32,000 nt of DNA, from the NCBI GenBank assembly GCA_029269845.2, contig CP149973.1, forward strand, positions 30,001 to 62,000, in the 5' to 3' direction. Position numbers and translations under genes: made by a program. Positions 15,988 to 22,341 of this stretch are shown piece by piece. Each line of letters starts with the position of its first letter. The first letter of the stretch is position 1. The stretch comes from Opitutia bacterium KCR 482. GTDB lineage: Bacteria; Verrucomicrobiota; Verrucomicrobiia; Opitutales; Intestinicryptomonadaceae. Under the pieces are notes generated by a model that saw nothing but the letters and a program-made list of their open reading frames with translations, had not been told where the DNA came from and made no database searches.

Positions 15988-17172
15988 CTTCATTGCGGCG
16001 TAGACGTCCTTGGGGTTGATTCCCGCGGGAATCTTGCCTTCGGAGACTTCCCGACTCGTCTTGGGGTTGAAAAGGTGCATTTGCGCTCCCACGATGTCGA
16101 TTTTGCAGCCGCGCGAGATAAGCTCCTTTATCTGCTTGCGGTAGGGCGGCATGAGATGAAAGTCGTTTATGTTGAGCTTTACCTTTTCAGGGAAGCTTTT
16201 TTGCGCCGTCTGGAAAGACTTGTAGGTGAAGTCGGAGGGCATAAGGCCGCCCCACGCGCCGAACGTCTTCATGAGCGTTGCGCCTTTCGCCTCGTCGAAA
16301 CGCCCTTTCGAGTACGCCATTGCCGATTCGTTTACGACGTCCCAGCTGTCGACCGTGTCTCCGTAGTATTCGGCGATTTCCCTGATGTGCTTTTCGAACG
16401 CGCGGTTGAGGTTTTCGGCGAAGACGGGGAATTTTTCTGAGAGCTGTTGGGGCGTCGTATTTTTGAACGCCTCCGTGTACTGTTCCGAAAGGCTCTTGTT
16501 GCCGTAGACGGGGTAGGCTTTGAGCATTTCCTTTTCGAATGCTTCGCGCTCCTTCGGGTCTGTCAGGCAGCTTTTGATGAGCCAAGCAGGCATGTGCCAC
16601 GAGCGGTTGTCCCAAATGAGCGGGTGCCCGTGTATGCGGATTCCCATTTGCTTGCAGAATTTGATGACGTTTTCGGGAGCGGGGCGACGCCAGTGCGGCT
16701 CGGTTTTGGGCGATTTCGTTTCAGCCCAGAATTTCTGTCCGTCCCAGTATTCGGAGTTGAAGCGCGGGCGTCCCTGCTGCATTTCGAAAGTATACCAGTA
16801 GAATGAGACCGTTGCGGAATTGAAGAGCGTGCCGTAGAGAGCCTTGTACTTTGCGTCGAGGGCGGGGTCGCCGAGCTGGTCGAAGTTGAAGATGTGCGCG
16901 CCGAAAATGAAGTCATGCGAAATCTGCTCTACGACAACCTGCGTGCCGTCCTTGACTTGCCCGACGTTTACGACGGCGTCCGCCTTGCGGTTCGCCTCGA
17001 TGTCTGCGTCGATTCGCTTTTGAAGTTCGGGGTTCCAAATGTCCCAATACTTTTGGGTCATGATGTTGCCTGTATCCTCAGCGGCGTTCTTTGGGATTTT
17101 TACGTCGCTTGCGAGCGAAGTAAATGCGGTTAATGCTGCGAGCGCGCCCGCCATCATATATTTTATCCTCAT
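15589..17172 (-). CDS. Secreted GH10-like glycoside hydrolase, tandem copy A (527 aa)
   Basis: The ATG at 17172 is preceded by AAGGAAG. Signal peptide MRIKYMMAGALAALTAFTSLA. GH10-type landmarks: FIFGAHIF, IRIHGHPLIW, WDVVNE (acid/base motif), KIDIVGAQMH and HLSEITIT (nucleophile-strand-like). The track ORF extension to 17325 reads into the 3' end of copy B and is rejected. Confidence 0.8.
   Translation of the reverse strand: MRIKYMMAGALAALTAFTSLASDVKIPKNAAEDTGNIMTQKYWDIWNPELQKRIDADIEANRKADAVVNVGQVKDGTQVVVEQISHDFIFGAHIFNFDQLGDPALDAKYKALYGTLFNSATVSFYWYTFEMQQGRPRFNSEYWDGQKFWAETKSPKTEPHWRRPAPENVIKFCKQMGIRIHGHPLIWDNRSWHMPAWLIKSCLTDPKEREAFEKEMLKAYPVYGNKSLSEQYTEAFKNTTPQQLSEKFPVFAENLNRAFEKHIREIAEYYGDTVDSWDVVNESAMAYSKGRFDEAKGATLMKTFGAWGGLMPSDFTYKSFQTAQKSFPEKVKLNINDFHLMPPYRKQIKELISRGCKIDIVGAQMHLFNPKTSREVSEGKIPAGINPKDVYAAMKTIDVGRPIHLSEITITAVDTTERGRMIQAIITRNIYRLWFSIKPLMGITWWNVVDDCGAPGEPSLSGLFTRGMNPKPAFYALDELINREWRTNLSASPDADGNVKFRGFKGKYRLSWFDKDGKEQFKIVNVK
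16609..17146 (-). repeat. 5'-coding repeat block, copy A (pairs with 18201-18738, offset 1592 bp)
   Basis: 538 bp compared directly, with about 4-5 mismatches in total. The similarity boundary at 16609/18201 is abrupt. Confidence 0.9.
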
Positions 17173-17192
17173 AATGCTTCCTTGTTTTAAGG

Positions 17193-17591
17193 TTATTTCA
17201 CGTTTACGATTTTGAACTGCTCCTTGCCGTCCTTGTCGAACCACGAGAGCCTGTACTTGCCCTTGAAGCCGCGGAATTTTACGTTGCCGTCGGCGTCGGG
17301 AGAGGCTGAGAGGTTTGTGCGCCATTCGTGGTTTATGAGCTCGTCGAGCGCGTAGAACGCGGGCTTGGGGTTCATGCCGCGCGTGAACAGCCCCGAGAGC
17401 GAGGGTTCGCCGGGCATTCCGCAGCCGTCAACAACGTTCCACCAAGTGATGCCCATCATCGGCTTTATGCTGAACCACAGGCGGTAGATGTTGCGCGTGA
17501 TGATTGCCTGAATCATGCGCCCGCGCTCGTCGTCGCCGGCGGCGGTGATTGTGATTTCGCTCAAATGAATGGGTCTGCCGACGTCGATTGT
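17193..17591 (-). repeat. 3'-coding repeat block, copy B (pairs with 15589-15987)
   Basis: Same comparison as above. Confidence 0.9.
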
Positions 17592-18764
17592 TTCCATGAT
17601 TTTCCTTACGCCGTCGGGTCTGATTTTTTCGGGAATGTTGCCTGCGGCGATATTGAGGCTCGCCTTGGGGTTGAAGATGTGCATTTGCGAGCCTACGATG
17701 TCGATTTTGCAGCCGCGAGAAATCATTTCCTCAATCATATTGCGGTAGTCTTTCGACATTATGTAGTCGTTGATATTAAGTTTCACTTTTTTTGGGAAGT
17801 GTTTTTGCGCCGTTTGGAACGCGTCGAACACGAAGTCGGCGGGCATGATTACCCCGAAGCGCGATTTCATCAGCTTGTCGCCGTCTTTGAAGCCGCCCTT
17901 GGAGTAGGCTTCGGCGGCCTCGTTTACGACGTCCCAGCTGTCGACCGTGTCTCCGTAGTATTCGGCAAGCTCTATTATGCGTTTTTCGAACGCCTTTTTG
18001 AGGTTTTGCGCGAGCACGGGGAACATCTTGGAGAGGTCTTTGCCCGTGAGTTTTTTGTAGTTTTCCGTGTACTGTTCGGGCTTCGGGCGCACGCCGAATT
18101 CGGGCAGTTTTGTGATAATGTCGCGCATGAAAACCTCGCGCTCCTGCGGGTCCGTCAGGCAGGAGTCGAGCAGCCAAGTGGGAATGTGGAAAAACCTGAT
18201 GTCCCAAATGAGCGGGTGCCCGTGTATGCGGATTCCCATTTGCTTGCAGAATTTGATGACGTTTTCGGGAGCGGGGCGACGCCAGTGCGGCTCGGTTTTG
18301 GGCGATTTCGTTTCAGCCCAGAATTTCTGTCCGTCCCAGTATTCGGAGTTGAAGCGCGGGCGTCCCTGCTGCATTTCGAAAGTATACCAGTAGAATGAGA
18401 CCGTTGCGGAATTGAAGAGCGTGCCGTAGAGAGCCTTGTACTTTGCGTCGAGGGCGGGGTCGCCGAGCTGGTCGAAGTTGAAGATGTGCGCGCCGAAAAT
18501 GAAGTCATGCGAAATCTGCTCTACGACAACCTGCGTGCCGTCCTTGACTTGCCCGACGTTTACGACGGCGTCCGCCTTGCGGTTCGCCTCGATGTCGGCG
18601 TCGATTTGCTTTTGAAGTTCGGGGTTCCAAATGTCCCAATACTTTTGGGTCATGATGTTGCCTGTATCCTCCGAGGCGTTCTTTGGGATTTTTACGTCGC
18701 TTGCGAGCGAAGTAAATGCGGTTAATGCTGCGAGCGCGGTTGTAATGATTATTCTTTTTGCCAT
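17193..18764 (-). CDS. Secreted GH10-like glycoside hydrolase, tandem copy B (523 aa)
   Basis: ATG at 18764. Signal peptide MAKRIIITTALAALTAFTSLA. Same GH10-type landmarks as copy A (WDVVNE, KIDIVGSQMH, HLSEITIT). It lies 20 bp upstream of copy A on the same strand. Confidence 0.8.
   Translation of the reverse strand: MAKRIIITTALAALTAFTSLASDVKIPKNASEDTGNIMTQKYWDIWNPELQKQIDADIEANRKADAVVNVGQVKDGTQVVVEQISHDFIFGAHIFNFDQLGDPALDAKYKALYGTLFNSATVSFYWYTFEMQQGRPRFNSEYWDGQKFWAETKSPKTEPHWRRPAPENVIKFCKQMGIRIHGHPLIWDIRFFHIPTWLLDSCLTDPQEREVFMRDIITKLPEFGVRPKPEQYTENYKKLTGKDLSKMFPVLAQNLKKAFEKRIIELAEYYGDTVDSWDVVNEAAEAYSKGGFKDGDKLMKSRFGVIMPADFVFDAFQTAQKHFPKKVKLNINDYIMSKDYRNMIEEMISRGCKIDIVGSQMHIFNPKASLNIAAGNIPEKIRPDGVRKIMETIDVGRPIHLSEITITAAGDDERGRMIQAIITRNIYRLWFSIKPMMGITWWNVVDGCGMPGEPSLSGLFTRGMNPKPAFYALDELINHEWRTNLSASPDADGNVKFRGFKGKYRLSWFDKDGKEQFKIVNVK
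18201..18738 (-). repeat. 5'-coding repeat block, copy B (pairs with 16609-17146)
   Basis: Same comparison as above. Confidence 0.9.
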
Positions 18765-18829
18765 ATGCGAAAACCGTTATATGCGTTGCGGATTTTTTTC
18801 AAACGTATTGTCCGAAAAATTTGTTAAAC

Positions 18830-18965
18830 TGTTTACTTGACTGGGAAGCGCCGCTGGTCGGGCGATATGGCGATGCTCGGGGGGGGGGACGGCAAAATAA
18901 TCTTGTGTTTTCGGCGGGGATATATTTTATTCCAATTAGCTTATTCTACATCAGACAAGTAAACA
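18830..18965. promoter_or_regulatory. Divergent control region segment bracketed by a perfect 10-bp inverted repeat (TGTTTACTTG 18830-18839 / CAAGTAAACA 18956-18965)
   Basis: Read directly. The arms enclose 116 bp that include the G10 tract. Relative to each flanking gene, the motif CAAGTAAACA is in the sense orientation upstream of the ATG (16 nt before 18981; 66 nt before 18764). Confidence 0.5.
18879..18888. repeat. G10 homopolymer tract in the divergent intergenic region
   Basis: Counted directly: ...gatgctc GGGGGGGGGG acggc... It is the longest G/C homopolymer I found in the window. Confidence 0.95.
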
Positions 18966-18980
18966 CACCAAGGACAATAT

Positions 18981-21194
18981 ATGATAGGAAAAATAGCACT
19001 TGCCGCAGTTCTCGCGCCGACCGCGCTTTTCGCGCACTGGTCAAACACAACGGGCGGAAACGGCGACAGCGTCGACAAGGGAAAATACGCGTGCGCCCTC
19101 ATTTCTAACGGCAGCATTTCCACGCAAATCGACAATCTCGGCGTGCAACGCCAAAAGAAATACGTTTCGTTCACGCCGCAAGTCGCATGGGAGGGGCGCC
19201 GCTACGGCGCGCCGAAAGACGCGCTGATTTCGCACGGCTACTTCGACACCGCCTTTTCGGTGGACGGCAAGGTTCAGGACAAACCCGTGAAGTGGTCGCA
19301 GACGCTCGACAACAAGTCGGCGTTCTCCGAAAACACCGTGGAATATCCCGACGCCACAGTAAAGACCGTAGCGTTCGTTCCGGCGGGGCACGACATGCTC
19401 GTGGTAAAAAAAGTCATCACCCCCAAGAAAGAGGGCGCGGTGAAGTTCGATTTCATCTACAAGTTCGCGCCGCAGACGCGTTTCAAGGAGCGCGAACGCG
19501 TATCGACTGTAAACAAAATCATAGAGCCGAACCGCGCGACTTTCGAATACGTGGCAATCGGCATGAAGACGTACAAGGGCATGATTTCGATTATGTCCGA
19601 CTTTCCGTCCGCACCGAGCTTCCCCGACGGCGACACCGCCGTTCTTGCGTCGGAGGCAAAGGCGTCGCCCGCAAGCCCGATTGAAATCAACTATTTCGTC
19701 TCGTTCAACGACAACTACGGAAAGCCCGACTACAAAGCCGCCGACTCCGCCGCAAAGGCGTTCGTGCTCGCAAACGGCTACGACAAAATTTTCGCCGAGC
19801 ACAAAAACGCGTGGGCGAAATACTGGCAGGGCTCGCATATCAACATTCCCGACAAGGAAATCGAAAAGACATACTACACGGGTCTGTACCACCAGCGTTG
19901 CAACTCCACAAAGTGGTCTTTGCCCGTGGGCGTGTTTGTCGGCTCGCACTGGGACGGCAGATTCTTCGGCTGGGACGAGGCTTTCAACTCGATGGCGTTT
20001 GCAACAAGCGGCAAGTTCGAGCACTCGCGCAAGGTTTCCGACTTCCGCACAAGCCGCATCTGGAAGGCGACTTATTGGGTGAACAAAGACGGCAAAAAAC
20101 GCAGCAGCGGCGCGCGCTTCGTATGGGAATCGACGGAGGAGGGCGACGAAGCCGCGCCGTTCGGCTTTTGGATGGAACACATCTTCCACATGTCGAACAT
20201 GGTCATGGCGACGTGGGGGCACTACCTCTATTCAAACGACGTGGACTTCCTCAAAAAGAACTACGAACTCATGGTTGAATCGTGCCTCTACTACGTCAAG
20301 AACCGCCTTTACAACATCGACGGCAAGCTCAAAGTGGGCTACTGCACCGACCTCGAAAGAATGGGCGAGGCAAAGCTCAACCCCTTCATGACCTCCTGCG
20401 GAATCATCTATTCGCTCGAAAAAACCGCCCAAGCCGCCGACATATTGGGCGTAGACAAAGACCTCGCAAAGCAGTTCCGCGAGACCGCCGCAAAGCTCAG
20501 GCAGTCGCTCCCCAACGACGGCGAAAAATACGTTCCCTACGAAGGCAGCAAAGACTACTCCATCGGCAGCGTCGGCGGATTCTATCCGTATTCCGTTCTC
20601 GACCCCAACAACCAGCTCGCAAAAAAAGCCGTCTACGACTTCCACAAGAATATCGACAAGGGCGGCAACATGTATGAAATGGGCAAGGGCGTAAACGCAT
20701 GGTACGCGGGCTGGATGTCGTCGGCTCTCGTGAACTTCAACGACAGGGAAAATCCCGCCCAGCTGCTCGCGGGCGCGGCAAAGGAGGTCGGCTCGTTCTA
20801 CGACACCTACGAAATCAACGAGCCCGCCAACAAAGTCCAGAAGTGCCCGTGGTTCTCGACGGGTTCGGGCAACTTCGTCTACGCGCTCAACCAGATGCTC
20901 GCGCGCTGCACGGAGGACGGCAAAATCTACGTCTGCACCTCCGTTCCCGATTCGTGGAACGACATCGACTTCAACCTGCCGTGCTACGGCGGACTTTGGC
21001 TGAAAGCCGACATCAAGGACGGACGCCTCGCTTCCGCCGAGCTGTACGCCCGGGGCAAGGGCAAGAACGGGGCGGAACGCACGGTCGTGATTCCCTCGCG
21101 CTTTGTGGATACTTCGCGCATTCTTGCCAAATGGGTCAAAAACGGCGACTTTATCGAAATCAAAGCCGAATCGGGCAAAAAGTTCTACAAATAG
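18981..21194 (+). CDS. Secreted six-hairpin glycoside hydrolase, GH65-like (clan GH-L type)
   Basis: 737 aa. AAGGA lies 7 nt before the ATG. Signal peptide MIGKIALAAVLAPTALFA. GSHWDGRFFGWDEAFNSMAF resembles GH65 Y-x-GH-x-FWD-x-E-x-F. GARFVWESTEEGDEAAP resembles GH65 GA-x-YPWES-x-x-G-x-E. EHIFHMSNMVMATWGHYLYSNDVDFLKKNYELMVESCLYYV resembles the following helix. Family assignment is by eye only. Confidence 0.65.
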   Translation: MIGKIALAAVLAPTALFAHWSNTTGGNGDSVDKGKYACALISNGSISTQIDNLGVQRQKKYVSFTPQVAWEGRRYGAPKDALISHGYFDTAFSVDGKVQDKPVKWSQTLDNKSAFSENTVEYPDATVKTVAFVPAGHDMLVVKKVITPKKEGAVKFDFIYKFAPQTRFKERERVSTVNKIIEPNRATFEYVAIGMKTYKGMISIMSDFPSAPSFPDGDTAVLASEAKASPASPIEINYFVSFNDNYGKPDYKAADSAAKAFVLANGYDKIFAEHKNAWAKYWQGSHINIPDKEIEKTYYTGLYHQRCNSTKWSLPVGVFVGSHWDGRFFGWDEAFNSMAFATSGKFEHSRKVSDFRTSRIWKATYWVNKDGKKRSSGARFVWESTEEGDEAAPFGFWMEHIFHMSNMVMATWGHYLYSNDVDFLKKNYELMVESCLYYVKNRLYNIDGKLKVGYCTDLERMGEAKLNPFMTSCGIIYSLEKTAQAADILGVDKDLAKQFRETAAKLRQSLPNDGEKYVPYEGSKDYSIGSVGGFYPYSVLDPNNQLAKKAVYDFHKNIDKGGNMYEMGKGVNAWYAGWMSSALVNFNDRENPAQLLAGAAKEVGSFYDTYEINEPANKVQKCPWFSTGSGNFVYALNQMLARCTEDGKIYVCTSVPDSWNDIDFNLPCYGGLWLKADIKDGRLASAELYARGKGKNGAERTVVIPSRFVDTSRILAKWVKNGDFIEIKAESGKKFYK

Positions 21195-21207
21195 TCTCCG
21201 TTTCGGA

Positions 21208-21245
21208 GCGCAAAAAGGCGGATTTAAATCCGCCTTTTTTTGCGC
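21208..21245. terminator. Bidirectional rho-independent terminator between convergent genes
   Basis: GCGCAAAAAGGCGGATTT / AAATCCGCCTTTTTTTGCGC forms a long hairpin flanked by an A-run and a T-run. It sits between the GH65-like stop (21194) and the esterase stop (21259). Confidence 0.7.
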
Positions 21246-21258
21246 CTGCGCTCCGCGC

Positions 21259-22215
21259 CTACAATCGCGCGACGAATCCGAATGTTTCGCGCAGCGCCGC
21301 CGCGTATGCCCTGCCGTGGCATTCCGATATGTACATATGCGCGGCGTTCGCAATTTCGACATGCCGCGCTTTCGAAAGCTTCTTTGCAAGCTCTCGGCAC
21401 TGGTCGCGCAGAATGTCGCAGCCCGACGAAACCAGAAGCGTCGGCGGAAGCTCCGCAGTCCTGTCGTAGAGCAGCGGCGACGCGTATTGAGAGAGCCGCT
21501 GTTCGGGCTTCGGCAGGTACGCGAGCGTGAACGATTCCATCAACTCGGCGTCGAGCGCGAATCCGCTTCCGTATTTCCGCCAAGACTCGCAGTTTTGCGG
21601 CTCAAACACGCTTGCCACGGGGTAGTATAAAATGAGTCCGTCGGCTTGTTTTTGCGATTTTTCGATGAGTTTTATTGAGACTGCAAGCGCAATATTTCCG
21701 CCGGAGCTGTCGCCCGCAAGCGCGAATTTTCCGCTCGAAATCCCCAGCTTTTTCGCGTTTTCGCGGACGTATTCGAACGCCTCGAAGCATGCGCGGGGCT
21801 GTTCGGGGAATCGGCGTTCTGGCGCGAGCGGGTAGTCTACCGACACCACGGCGCAGTTCGCTCCCGCGGCGAAATCGTTGCAGAATTTCGACTGCGCCCG
21901 TCCGAGCGTCCAGCCGCCGCCGTGGAAATACACCGCGCATTTGCGGCAGTTTTTCGGCGCGTAGACGAATGCCGAAAGCTTGCCGCAACTTGTGGGGATT
22001 TCCGTTTTGCGTATTTCTATGTTCAGGTCGGGCGTGAACGGTTCGGCGGGCATTGCGCGTGCGCAGCGCAGAAATTTTGGCTTTCCGCCGATTGCGTCGG
22101 CTATCGCGTTGCGGAGGATTTCCGTTCGGCGTTGCGTAAATTTTTTTACGAATTTCGCGGTTTCCGACTTCGGAACGGAAGTGTCGATGAGTGGCGTAAA
22201 ATATTTTTTTTGCAT
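21259..22215 (-). CDS. Alpha/beta-hydrolase esterase, hormone-sensitive-lipase (family IV) type
   Basis: 318 aa. Oxyanion motif YFHGGGW, nucleophile elbow GDSSGGN (GDSAG type), and a later CDILRD / HG region consistent with the catalytic Asp and His. No signal peptide seen. Confidence 0.85.
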   Translation of the reverse strand: MQKKYFTPLIDTSVPKSETAKFVKKFTQRRTEILRNAIADAIGGKPKFLRCARAMPAEPFTPDLNIEIRKTEIPTSCGKLSAFVYAPKNCRKCAVYFHGGGWTLGRAQSKFCNDFAAGANCAVVSVDYPLAPERRFPEQPRACFEAFEYVRENAKKLGISSGKFALAGDSSGGNIALAVSIKLIEKSQKQADGLILYYPVASVFEPQNCESWRKYGSGFALDAELMESFTLAYLPKPEQRLSQYASPLLYDRTAELPPTLLVSSGCDILRDQCRELAKKLSKARHVEIANAAHMYISECHGRAYAAALRETFGFVARL

Positions 22216-22293
22216 TTTCTGTCGGCGAAAAATTCGGGCGGGGAATTGCGGTTTGCCTGCGCCGCTTGCCGCCGCCCGCGTTTTTATTCATAC

Positions 22294-22322
22294 AAAAAAG
22301 CGGAGGGCGCAAAGCCCTCCGC
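22294..22322 (-). terminator. Rho-independent terminator after gyrA
   Basis: Stem GCGGAGGGC / GCCCTCCGC (22300-22322). On the minus strand it is followed by TTTTTTG. Confidence 0.65.
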
Positions 22323-22341
22323 CTTTTGCGGAATGCGGTTT

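Noticed and set aside
15988-16608. Diversity-generating retroelement (DGR) explanation for the variable block of the GH10 paralogs
   Set aside because: There is no reverse transcriptase or template repeat in the window. The variable block is about 600 bp, far longer than DGR variable repeats. The differences include indels and all substitution types rather than adenine-specific changes.
17173-17325. N-terminal extension making GH10 copy A a 578-aa ORF
   Set aside because: The extension reads through the 20-bp spacer into the 3' end of copy B in a different frame, giving the Arg-rich MAHKPLSLSRRRRQRK... The same peptide appears in the 15356-15874 ORF because the DNA is repeated. The ATG at 17172 has an RBS and yields a proper signal peptide.
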